Source: Candidatus Micrarchaeota archaeon
Lineage (GTDB): Archaea > Micrarchaeota > Micrarchaeia > Micrarchaeales > CABMGC01
Direction: 5' to 3'
Length of the DNA stretch: 61,628 bases
Assembly: GCA_021803425.1 (NCBI GenBank)
Contig: JAJZLN010000030.1
Coordinates: 1-61,628, forward strand
Shown here: in pieces, positions 19,801 to 28,888 of the stretch
How the letters are laid out: each line of letters opens with the position of its first letter
How positions within the stretch are numbered: the stretch's first letter is position 1
Notes under the pieces: generated by a model
What the model was told of the DNA's origin: nothing
Seen by the model: only the letters and a program-made list of their open reading frames with translations
The model's database searches: none
Made by a program: the position numbers and the translations under genes

Positions 19801-20646
19801 TTACAGCGAGCTTACTATCAGGGCGCCAATTATTATTATTGCAAATCCCAGAAGTTGGATTTTTGTGAATCTTTCCCTGAAAAAGTATATGCCTATCAAT
19901 GCCGCAAACACTGGAGCAAGAGAATTGATCACTCCGGTAAGCCCCACCGCACTCAGCATCACCACCGCGCCGAACCCCACGGATCCCAAACCGTCAAGTA
20001 TGCCTACGGATAGGATGCCTTTTGCATATGCTGAAATTTTATGGTTCGTCTTTTTGAACCTTACGAATTGCGCTGCAATTACGAAGGCGATCAGTGATGT
20101 GAGCTTCATGGCCATTATTGGAACTGCAAAAGTTCCTGATGAGTCAATAGCATATGCGTATATTATGAATGATGCAGCCCAGAGAATGAAGGCCAATGCC
20201 GCTGGAAGGAGCTTTCTATTGAATTCATGTTTTTCAGTAGTTGCAATGAGCGCAGCGCCTATGAATACCGTTATCACGCCAATGACGCCTATGCTGCTTA
20301 AAGATTCGCCGAATATGAGGAATCCAAATACAACATATACCAGCGAACTTAGTTCTGCAAAGGCCATTGAGTTTGCTACCTGCTCGGTTTCAAGTGACAT
20401 GTAAAATGAGACATACCCTAGGGCAAGGATTATCCCGGCTGCAACAGAAAGTGCGATAGGGTATACAGAGATTGAGCCGGTGTTTACGAAGAATAAAGAC
20501 GCAAATGCGGGCATAAGCCCAATCACCATTATCATGATGCCCGTCCTGTAAGCACCCACCTTAAGCACAAATTTCTTGCTTATCGAATCGGCCAGAAGGA
20601 ATGAGATTGAATAAAGCAGTGCAGCTGCAATTTGATAGGTTGTCAT
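19801..20646 (-). CDS. EamA/DMT family transporter
   Basis: About 10 TM helices in two repeats; FFRERFTKIQLLG ending. Confidence 0.85.
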   Translation of the reverse strand: MTTYQIAAALLYSISFLLADSISKKFVLKVGAYRTGIMIMVIGLMPAFASLFFVNTGSISVYPIALSVAAGIILALGYVSFYMSLETEQVANSMAFAELSSLVYVVFGFLIFGESLSSIGVIGVITVFIGAALIATTEKHEFNRKLLPAALAFILWAASFIIYAYAIDSSGTFAVPIMAMKLTSLIAFVIAAQFVRFKKTNHKISAYAKGILSVGILDGLGSVGFGAVVMLSAVGLTGVINSLAPVFAALIGIYFFRERFTKIQLLGFAIIIIGALIVSSL

Positions 20647-20703
20647 GAAATACCCAAGATTTATATTATAGATTCTGTATTTATACAATGTCTACAAAAA
20701 GAT

Positions 20704-20777
20704 GGCCTTGGTAGTGTAACGGCTTGCATAGGAGGCTGTGGACCTCCAGGACCGGGTCCGACTCCCGGCCTAGGCCC
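20704..20777 (+). tRNA. tRNA-His(GTG) with encoded G-1
   Basis: GGAGG-CT GTG GA-CCTCC anticodon arm; G-1:C73; T-loop reads TCCGACT. Confidence 0.88.
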
Positions 20778-20976
20778 TGCTAGATATTTTAACGATGATT
20801 CTGAAGTCCATGAAGACAGGCATTGAAGCCAGAAACATGGAACTTAAATTTAAAAACATTTTGCAATGTTTTTTGGTACTATTTTTCATCCGCACTGTAG
20901 TGCTTGTTTAAATATTTTTGTTGTGAATTCAATCTTTGCTGACGACTTATATACGATGCATGATTTTGGCGATGAT

Positions 20977-23343
20977 ATGGCTCCGAAGGATGAAAACAAA
21001 TCTATTACTGAAGTTGAAATGACGCCAAACATCAATAGAATAGACTTGCCTAAGGAGACCCTGGATTTCTTTAACGGAGACGAGATAAGGGCGCGCGTTT
21101 TCTTTGAGAAGTACTCCCTAAAGGATGATTTAGGAAATATTACGGAAAAACTGCCTTCGGAGATGTGGGACAGGATTGCCGGGGAAATATCGGGTGTTGA
21201 AAAAACTGAAGAGAAGAGGAAGGAATGGAGAGAAAAATTCAGATGGCTGCTCGGGGATTTTAGGTTCCTGCCAGGAGGAAGAATACTTTTTGGTGCGGGA
21301 CAGAAGAGGAATTCGACGCTCCTTAACTGCTATGTCATTCCGATAAAGGACGACACTCTGGAGGCGATATTTGACTGGTGCAAAGAAGCCGCAAGAACAT
21401 ATAGCTACGGAGGCGGGGTAGGAACTGATTTGAGCGTATTAAGGCCTTCGAAGTCTCCCGTGAACAATTCTGCCATAGTATCAAGCGGGGCCGTGTCATT
21501 CATGAATATATTCAGCGAAACCACGCACACAATAGGGCAGAATGGGCGGCGAGGGGCATTGATGATAACGTTGGATGTAAATCACCCGGACATAATGAGG
21601 TTCATAACTGTGAAAAGGGATATGGCGAGCGTGAGATATGCCAACATAAGCGTTAAGGTAACTGATGAATTTATGAGGGCGGTAAAGGAGGATGGAGAAT
21701 TTGCATTATGGTTCGAAAACCCCGTGATTGGTCGCATTGAAAAGAAGGTAAAGGCCAGGGAGGTATGGAATGAACTGGTAAAATCTGCGCGTGACTGGGC
21801 GGAGCCAGGGCTCATATTCTGGGACACCGTGAAGAGATACTCTCCTAGCGAATACAATGGCATGAATGTTATAAGCACAAACCCGTGCTCTGAGCAGCCG
21901 CTGGAAGGATATGGAGCATGCGACCTTGGCAACATCAACTTGTCGGCTTTCGTGCTTGAGCCGTTTAGCGGCAGCGCAAGGCTTGATTGGATAAATCTTG
22001 AGAAAGCTGTGAGGTACTCTGCGCGGTTCCTTGACAATATTTTGGATTACAATGCAGACAAGCATCCGCTTAAGCAGCAGAAGGAAGCGGGCCTCTCAAG
22101 CAGGAGGATAGGAATAGGCATAACGGGGCTTGGTGACATGCTGGTAAAGATGCACATAAAGTATGACAGTGAAAAGGCCCTTGCCCTAGTAGATGACATG
22201 TTCAATAGGATAAAACTAATTTCATACGACGAAAGCTCCAACATAGCGAAGGAAAAGGGATCCTTCCCTCTTTTTGACGCAAATAAACATGTTTCAATGG
22301 GATTCATAAAAACGCTACCCGAAGCGACAAGGGAGAAGATAATGAAAGACGGATTGAGAAATGTTGCGATACTCACCGTGCCGCCTACCGGGAGCGTGTC
22401 TGTACTTGCGGGCACTTCAAGCGGCATAGAGCCGATATTTGCATTCAGCTACACGAGGAGATCAGAGTCGCTGAGCAAAGAATTCTTCAAAGTATACCAT
22501 CCAATTGCCTTTGAATACATGAAGCTTTTTAACATATCAGATGAGAAGGATCTGCCGGAATTCTTCGTGCCGGCACACAGGATAAAACCTGAATTTAGAG
22601 TCAAAATGCAAGGAATAATACAAAAGCATATTGACAGTGCCATATCATCCACGGTTAATCTGCCAGAGGATACGTCCGTTGAGCAGGTAGGGGAGATATA
22701 CCTCAAGGCATGGGAGTCTGGATGTAAGGGCATAACAGTATACAGGGAAGGTTCAAGGGAGGGCATACTTATAACCAATGACGAACAGGAAAAAAGCGCG
22801 GCAAAAAAAGAAAATAATAAAGAAGCATGGGACAGGGGAAGATTATTGACTGGGCAGACCATGAACATAAAGCTTCCTGATGGCGGGCTTTATGTGACTG
22901 CAAACTTTGATTCGATATCGATAAGGGAGGTATTTATAAATCTTGGAAAGACCGGTAGCGAGGAAAAGAGTTATACGGAAGCGATAGGCAGACTGATAAG
23001 CAAGTATCTGCAGATAGGGGGGGATGTGCGTGAAGTCGTTGAAAGCCTTAAGGGCATAAAATCCAACTCACAAATTACATGGGACAAGGGAATGAAGATA
23101 TACAGCGTGCCTGACGCAATTGCAAAGTCTCTTGAGATAATGGCTGGTATTGCAAATCCGGGATCAACTGCAAGCCTGTTCAAAAACGCCGAAAAATCAG
23201 GAAAGCAGATGCCAATGAGCACTTCTGTTAGCAAGGACGAGGGGATAACGCCAGACGAATGCCCAAAATGCAGCGAAAACACGCTAGTGAATGAAAACGG
23301 ATGTTTCACCTGCATGTCGTGCGGATTCACGAAATGCGAATAG
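20977..23343 (+). CDS. nrdJ: Class II (B12-dependent) ribonucleotide reductase
   Basis: PGGRIL, NCYV, TNPCSEQ, CDLG, VPPTGS, TVYREGSR and a C-terminal CPKC...CMSC; no intein seen. Confidence 0.92.
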   Translation: MAPKDENKSITEVEMTPNINRIDLPKETLDFFNGDEIRARVFFEKYSLKDDLGNITEKLPSEMWDRIAGEISGVEKTEEKRKEWREKFRWLLGDFRFLPGGRILFGAGQKRNSTLLNCYVIPIKDDTLEAIFDWCKEAARTYSYGGGVGTDLSVLRPSKSPVNNSAIVSSGAVSFMNIFSETTHTIGQNGRRGALMITLDVNHPDIMRFITVKRDMASVRYANISVKVTDEFMRAVKEDGEFALWFENPVIGRIEKKVKAREVWNELVKSARDWAEPGLIFWDTVKRYSPSEYNGMNVISTNPCSEQPLEGYGACDLGNINLSAFVLEPFSGSARLDWINLEKAVRYSARFLDNILDYNADKHPLKQQKEAGLSSRRIGIGITGLGDMLVKMHIKYDSEKALALVDDMFNRIKLISYDESSNIAKEKGSFPLFDANKHVSMGFIKTLPEATREKIMKDGLRNVAILTVPPTGSVSVLAGTSSGIEPIFAFSYTRRSESLSKEFFKVYHPIAFEYMKLFNISDEKDLPEFFVPAHRIKPEFRVKMQGIIQKHIDSAISSTVNLPEDTSVEQVGEIYLKAWESGCKGITVYREGSREGILITNDEQEKSAAKKENNKEAWDRGRLLTGQTMNIKLPDGGLYVTANFDSISIREVFINLGKTGSEEKSYTEAIGRLISKYLQIGGDVREVVESLKGIKSNSQITWDKGMKIYSVPDAIAKSLEIMAGIANPGSTASLFKNAEKSGKQMPMSTSVSKDEGITPDECPKCSENTLVNENGCFTCMSCGFTKCE

Positions 23344-23395
23344 CTCCTGATCCGCCGCCTGAAACTGAAAAACATGCAACAGATGAAAGTTGCCG

Positions 23396-23896
23396 TCAGC
23401 TTGTTGCTTTAACGCTTATCTTGCCGTATATCGTTCCCGGGATGCCAGTATAGGAATTTGTATAATTTATTTCCACATATCCGGTAAATATTGAACCTAT
23501 CCTTCCGAAGAAAGCCGTGCCGTTCGAGTAGCATTGTATGTTGGAGAATATGTAATTTGAGCCTATGGGCATCTCAAGTATGTTTACGGGAAGGCCCGTA
23601 GCGGGAGGGTTTGTAACCTGGTTTACGGGCAGATCGTATGAGAAACTTTGTGGATTTGTGCATCCTATGGCAGTTACGCCTATCGGGTCAGAGGTTGTCT
23701 GGAGCAGATTAAGGGTGAGTAGCCCGTTCTGAGTCATAAAAAAATTCTGGCATGAAAATCCTGCGGGGAGTATGCACTCCTGAGGGGAGGAAGATGACAC
23801 ATTGATGAATGTGAAGAACACAACACCCACAATAGACAGTATTAGTATCGCCCACCCGTAAGTTGAAAGATACTCAATTGCACTCTGTAGCTTCAT
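23396..23896 (-). CDS. Class III signal-peptide pilin-like protein
   Basis: MKLQSAIEYLSTYGWAILILSIV, CILPAGFSC. Confidence 0.85.
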   Translation of the reverse strand: MKLQSAIEYLSTYGWAILILSIVGVVFFTFINVSSSSPQECILPAGFSCQNFFMTQNGLLTLNLLQTTSDPIGVTAIGCTNPQSFSYDLPVNQVTNPPATGLPVNILEMPIGSNYIFSNIQCYSNGTAFFGRIGSIFTGYVEINYTNSYTGIPGTIYGKISVKATS

Positions 23897-24079
23897 GAAT
23901 CTGTTTTGAACATAAACCAATAAATAAGTAGTTATTACGGATTTGCTTGGGAGCGGCATCTGTACGTAATGTGCAGAATTATGTGGCATGCGCCTCTTGT
24001 ATTCAGTCGAATTTTCTTGGATGAGGAAGGTCTTTAATACTTGTGCTTTAAGTAATATAGGAAGTTAGGTGTTTGATTT

Positions 24080-24304
24080 ATGACGCAGGAAAGACCTTTT
24101 GACCTCTTGAACAAGTCCATAGGACAACAAGTGCTCATACGGCTAAAGAATGGTACTGACATACGCGGCAAGGTAGTTTCATTTGACGCTCACATGAACA
24201 TTGTGATAGAAGGCGCAGACGAGCTCGATGGCGGCGACTTAAAGGCAAAGCTCGGAACTATACTGCTCAGAGGAGGAAACATTTTATTCCTATCCCCTGT
24301 CTAA
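24080..24304 (+). CDS. Sm-like archaeal protein (Lsm/SmAP)
   Basis: RPFDLL, FDAHMN, LRGGN. Confidence 0.93.
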   Translation: MTQERPFDLLNKSIGQQVLIRLKNGTDIRGKVVSFDAHMNIVIEGADELDGGDLKAKLGTILLRGGNILFLSPV

Positions 24305-24313
24305 ATCTAATGT

Positions 24314-24399
24314 GGGCTCCTGGCGCAATGGTAGCGCGCCTGCATGGCATGCAGGAGGTTGCGGGTTCGAAAACTATGCCGAAAATCCCGCGGAGTCCA
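24314..24399 (+). tRNA. tRNA-Ala(GGC) with a 14-nt T-loop intron at 59/60 (24372-24385)
   Basis: CCTGC-AT GGC AT-GCAGG; TTCG/CGAA helix with a 3-nt bulge (BHL motif). Confidence 0.88.
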
Positions 24400-24440
24400 C
24401 TTTGCTTAACTATAAATAGGAGTTAGGATAATAATATTTC

Positions 24441-25184
24441 ATGCCGAATGGACATCACAGGCATAGAAAAAGGAAGGCGCACAATCACCATAAAGTCACT
24501 GCAGGACCTGTGAAGGAATGCATTAATTTATACAACAGCACAAACGCGACAGCAAAGATGCACAGGCACGTAAAAAGCGTGGTGCGCAACGACACAAAAA
24601 TAGTGCATCAGGGGGACAATATAGTGCTCAGTGACGGAAAAATACTGAACCAGACAACTGAGATTAAGGGACAGTATGAAGCTGCGATGAAGGATGTATT
24701 TTTGAGTCTTGGGATCCTGCCACGCTACGAGGCGCTGAAATTCGAGATAAAGAACAATGATCTTTGGCCGCCGGACTTTATAACAAGCTTGTTCGTGAAT
24801 GGGAAGCAGGTAATATTTGAACCACATTCCAGAATAGATGAACACTACCTTGCAAGGATGGAAATTTTCAAGGAGAAGTGGCCTAACTTTTATTTGATAC
24901 TTATAAAAAGCAAGCTAGATAATCCAGACATGTCACATATAGACAAGAATGTGAGCGGACCTCATGGCAAGTATATAGATGAATTATGGAATCTGCCGTA
25001 CATACATACATCAAAAACCGAATATCAGAGCGACTCCAAGATATGGAAGAAAAAATTCGTTGAGCTGCTTGAGGACCTTGTCAAGAATAGGGCCGATAAT
25101 CCAGCAAGGGAAGAATATATTAAAGCCCTGAAAGGGATGAGAAGAGATGGCAGAGATTTTGATGCAGGAACAGATTCTGCATAA
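24441..25184 (+). CDS. Hypothetical protein, possible PD-(D/E)XK-like nuclease fold
   Basis: WPPDF...VIFEPH pattern; His/Arg/Lys-rich N-terminus. Confidence 0.5.
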   Translation: MPNGHHRHRKRKAHNHHKVTAGPVKECINLYNSTNATAKMHRHVKSVVRNDTKIVHQGDNIVLSDGKILNQTTEIKGQYEAAMKDVFLSLGILPRYEALKFEIKNNDLWPPDFITSLFVNGKQVIFEPHSRIDEHYLARMEIFKEKWPNFYLILIKSKLDNPDMSHIDKNVSGPHGKYIDELWNLPYIHTSKTEYQSDSKIWKKKFVELLEDLVKNRADNPAREEYIKALKGMRRDGRDFDAGTDSA

Positions 25185-25914
25185 TACAGCCATATCGATC
25201 GGGAGCACACTTGCTGACGCGCACTGCCATCTAGATATGTTCGCAGACCCGAATACTGTGATAAATGATTCAGTTATTGGCGGAGTGAGTCTCATCATAA
25301 CTGCAGGAGGAAGCAAGAAATCAAGCCTTGAAGCTGCAAGGATTGCGGATGGAAAAGTCGTGTTTGCAGTCATAGGGATAGATCCGTCAAATGCGAAGGA
25401 AGATGTCGATTTTATAGTTGACATTAAAAATGTGCTAAAGTCCAACAGAAACATAGTAGGCATAGGCGAGATAGGGCTTGACTATAAAATAGACGTTGAA
25501 AAGGAGATACAGAGGAAGGCATTTAAAAGGCAGATAGGAATCGCAAAATCGTTTAGCATGCCGATAGTAATTCATTCAAGAGGGGCTATTGACGACGTAA
25601 TTGAAATAGTGAAGGAGAGCGGCGTAAATAAGGCTCTGTTCCACTTTTTTGAGGGGAATGAAATACAGGCAAAGACACTTGCTGAAATGGGAAACCTCAT
25701 ATCACTGCCTCCGCAGGAATCCGCGCGGAGGAAAAGGATTATAAACTCTCTAGACATAAGGAGTATCGTTGTTGAAACCGACTCGCCTGTTGTTGGAAAG
25801 AGCCCGCTTGATGTGATAGGCACTATCGGGTGGATAGCAGAATTGAAAGGCATGGAATTTAAGGATGCTGCATCTGCAATTACGGAAAACGTTAAAAAGC
25901 TCTTTTCCATATGA
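25147..25914 (+). CDS. tatD: TatD family DNase
   Basis: DAHCH, GIGEIGLDY, IHSR, HFF, ETDSP. Confidence 0.92.
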   Translation: MAEILMQEQILHNTAISIGSTLADAHCHLDMFADPNTVINDSVIGGVSLIITAGGSKKSSLEAARIADGKVVFAVIGIDPSNAKEDVDFIVDIKNVLKSNRNIVGIGEIGLDYKIDVEKEIQRKAFKRQIGIAKSFSMPIVIHSRGAIDDVIEIVKESGVNKALFHFFEGNEIQAKTLAEMGNLISLPPQESARRKRIINSLDIRSIVVETDSPVVGKSPLDVIGTIGWIAELKGMEFKDAASAITENVKKLFSI

Positions 25915-25923
25915 TATAAGGCT

Positions 25924-26010
25924 GGGCCTGTAGCTCAGCTTGGATAGAGCAGCACCCTTCTAAATTCTGAAGAAAGGTGATGGTCGTGGGTTCAAATCCC
26001 ATCAGGCCCG
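25924..26010 (+). tRNA. tRNA-Arg(TCT) with a 12-nt intron at 37/38 (25963-25974)
   Basis: CACC-CT TCT A-intron-A-GGTG; CTTC/GAAG helix. Confidence 0.88.
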
Positions 26011-26036
26011 AGCGCAAAGAAATGTAAAGTGATTAA

Positions 26037-26306
26037 ATGGAGAACAATCAAGAAGCAGATGCGAAGATTACGCAGATAAAGCAGCAGATCGACGTTTTGC
26101 TGAATGACAACAGCGTTCCGAGGAATGTCAAGAACGCCCTTAGCGAGGCGAGGAAGGCTCTCGACCAGCCAGAAGCGGAATACACTGTGAGATCTTCTGC
26201 TGCCACATACAAGATTGACGAAATAAGCAATGACATAAACCTGCCGCCTTATGCAAGGACGGTAGTGTGGAACCTACTGAGCATGCTCGAATCTATCAAG
26301 GAGTAG
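26037..26306 (+). CDS. UPF0147 family protein
   Basis: DNSVPRNVK and DEISNDINLPPYARTVVW. Confidence 0.88.
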   Translation: MENNQEADAKITQIKQQIDVLLNDNSVPRNVKNALSEARKALDQPEAEYTVRSSAATYKIDEISNDINLPPYARTVVWNLLSMLESIKE

Positions 26307-26467
26307 CCAGATTTAAATAGCAGTACTTGATCTTTTCTTCGGCGATGAATTTAAAAGCCGAGTAACGTTGGTTTTTATCCCATTTTTACAAAAAGTCACT
26401 CCAAAAATTGATAAGGCCCGCATTACTAACTGTACGAATAATTTTGAAAGATATAAATCTCTATTAT

Positions 26468-28738
26468 TTAAGTTCCGTCTTGTTCTCCGATCGGACAAAA
26501 ACCGCCGCTGGTAAGCGACCCTTCATATCCTGCTCCACCGTTGGTACTGCTGCCCGGCAACCAACACAGAGTCACAGGACTATCGCCACTAACCCAACCT
26601 GGGCAGTCATTAGCATTCTGCACACCTGCTTCTGCACATAGATTAGTTGTCTGACCATTTATTACGCAAAAGCCATCAACATTGATACTAACAGAACCTG
26701 GAAGGAATCCTGTACCATAGCATCCCGGGCTAGGAGCAGTAGAAGTATATTCGGCATTTTCAATTATATCGCCATAGAAAGTTATCGTTGCAGGATTGTT
26801 TGGACCGGCATATGCGCCATTTCCTAATGCAGTCCATTGGCTAAACGCGTAACCTGATGCAGGTGTTGCAGTTATTGTAACAGATGTCCCATATTGGTAT
26901 CCTGAAGTGCATGCGCCTGAATAAAATGAACTTACAGATTCAGTTCCGCCGCCTGTGCTGCTTTCAAGAGTCAATGAATAACATATAGGGTTGTAGTTTG
27001 CATTGTAATTAGTTATTCCAGAAGGCATTGTAAATCCATACGCATTATTTGAACTTCCGCATCCTGGATAGTTGTTTGGATAGTAATTAGTGAAAAAATA
27101 CATGTAGGAGCTGAATGTCCAGCCAGAAGCTGCTGCCGAATACAGGCAAACAGTGTTGCCAGGGACTACATTTTGCATTGTAAGCGTTGAAGTTGAGGTT
27201 CCAGAGCAGTAGGACGGCATTGGATTGGCTTGCGGATTACATATCTGTACAGGATTACCAGAAGAATCAAGTTCCGCTATTTCTGCGTTAGATTGTCCTG
27301 CGGAAGGGTTTGGCGAAAGGGAAACGCTTGGGTTGTAGTTTGCATTGAAGTCTATATTCGAACTAGACATTGTAAACCCATATGGATTATATATTGAACT
27401 TCCGCATCCCGGATAATTATTTGGTGGTATTTGAGTGAAGAAAGCTTCATAGGAGCTGAATGTCCATCCTGGAGCCGCGTCTGTAGTAAGGCATACAGTA
27501 TCTCCTTGATTGACTCCAGACATTGTAAGCGTTGAAGTTGAGGTTCCCGAGCAGTAGGACGGCATATTCCCAGCTCCAGGATTGCAATCTTGGCCGTTGG
27601 TTAGATCTTGTATTGCTGCATTTGTCTGTCCTGCGGAAGGATTTGGCGAAAGGGAAACTGAATATGAAACAGCGCTTGGAGGTATGGTTATTTGAAGCAT
27701 GGAGTTCGTTGAACATATATTCGGATTAAATGTAACATCACAAGCTTGAAGCTGATAATTACCTGATGCGAAAGTTCCTACATCATATGAGAATGTGCCC
27801 GCGCTCTGACCGAGCCATCCACCATAAACACCGTTGCAAGGGCCCCCATAGGAATTAGTCTGGCACCAATATAGTGCAACGTCATCAGAAGTTATTGAAG
27901 TGATTCCGGTAGCATAATCTGGATTTCCTTCTGTATCCACGCTTTTCTGAAGTGATAATGAAACTATTGGCGAATATACAGCTTCTATGACTCCGCTAGA
28001 AACTGCGCTTGCGGTTGTCTGCTTTGAAGTGGTGCTCTGGACTGAAGCTCCTCCGCTCGTAACCCACTTGAATGTGGCCTGTGGCGCGCCTGGATATGAA
28101 GACGCTATGTTGTATGTTATTCCTTTTATGAAGTTCACGTATGAACCGCTCGGATATGCAACTCCGTTAAGCACTATATTTGCTGTGCTTGGCTCAGAAA
28201 TGAGCTCAACCTGAAAGAGAGGTAGTGTTGGGGAGACATAGACGACTGCTGATCCGGTTGTGTTTAGCGTTGGGCATCCGCTCTTAGCGCACTGCGAATA
28301 TGAGAGCTGGAATCTTGGCTGAAGCTGCGAACCTGCGCCGGGTGCGAAGTTCTGTATTATTGCATTGCAGACGACAAGTGAGCCTTGCGGCGCGTTTGCC
28401 GGAAGGCATTCGCCATGAGAATACGTTTGGGATGAAGTTGGAAATACCGTGAAAGCGTTGCCTGGTGCAAAGTACATTGTTGTGCCGAGGTTGTTGGTGA
28501 AGACGGCTATTGCCGATGTCTGAAGCGCGTTTGACGAAACTGCAAACTGCTGGCAGTCCAGCTGCGCAGATATGAAGCATGTTGAAGGCGTGAATGTAGA
28601 GGTCTTTCCCTGAAGGAAAAGCACAGCTATTATTCCGACGACTATCACAAGAATTACTATTGCCAATGAGAATGATGACAGATACTCTATGGAACTCTGG
28701 TTCTTTGAGCGTTTATGCATGGGTTTTACCTGCAACAT
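26468..28738 (-). CDS. Large class III signal-peptide protein (pilin-like N-terminus, Cys-rich tandem repeats, InlB-B-like domain)
   Basis: KNQSSIEYLSSFSLAIVILV; CFISAQLDC; two ~111-114 aa repeats; GTSVTITATPASGYAFSQW. Confidence 0.8.
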   Translation of the reverse strand: MLQVKPMHKRSKNQSSIEYLSSFSLAIVILVIVVGIIAVLFLQGKTSTFTPSTCFISAQLDCQQFAVSSNALQTSAIAVFTNNLGTTMYFAPGNAFTVFPTSSQTYSHGECLPANAPQGSLVVCNAIIQNFAPGAGSQLQPRFQLSYSQCAKSGCPTLNTTGSAVVYVSPTLPLFQVELISEPSTANIVLNGVAYPSGSYVNFIKGITYNIASSYPGAPQATFKWVTSGGASVQSTTSKQTTASAVSSGVIEAVYSPIVSLSLQKSVDTEGNPDYATGITSITSDDVALYWCQTNSYGGPCNGVYGGWLGQSAGTFSYDVGTFASGNYQLQACDVTFNPNICSTNSMLQITIPPSAVSYSVSLSPNPSAGQTNAAIQDLTNGQDCNPGAGNMPSYCSGTSTSTLTMSGVNQGDTVCLTTDAAPGWTFSSYEAFFTQIPPNNYPGCGSSIYNPYGFTMSSSNIDFNANYNPSVSLSPNPSAGQSNAEIAELDSSGNPVQICNPQANPMPSYCSGTSTSTLTMQNVVPGNTVCLYSAAASGWTFSSYMYFFTNYYPNNYPGCGSSNNAYGFTMPSGITNYNANYNPICYSLTLESSTGGGTESVSSFYSGACTSGYQYGTSVTITATPASGYAFSQWTALGNGAYAGPNNPATITFYGDIIENAEYTSTAPSPGCYGTGFLPGSVSINVDGFCVINGQTTNLCAEAGVQNANDCPGWVSGDSPVTLCWLPGSSTNGGAGYEGSLTSGGFCPIGEQDGT
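26987..27661 (-). repeat. Two tandem intragenic repeats (start-to-start 333 bp)
   Basis: SVSLSPNPSAGQ...MPSYCSGTSTSTLTM...GWTFSSY...PNNYPGCGSS...NANYNP occurs twice, starting at 27661 and 27328. Confidence 0.9.
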
Positions 28739-28888
28739 TTACTTTGATATGTATTGATTTTATACGGCAAAGATTTATTAAAACGCTGTGATGAATGCTT
28801 GCTGCGTCGTGCATCTGCACATGCAAGTTTTGTTTAACCCAGCTCAGTTTATATAAATTTAGGCGCAGATTATGCTGGGGATGTTTCA

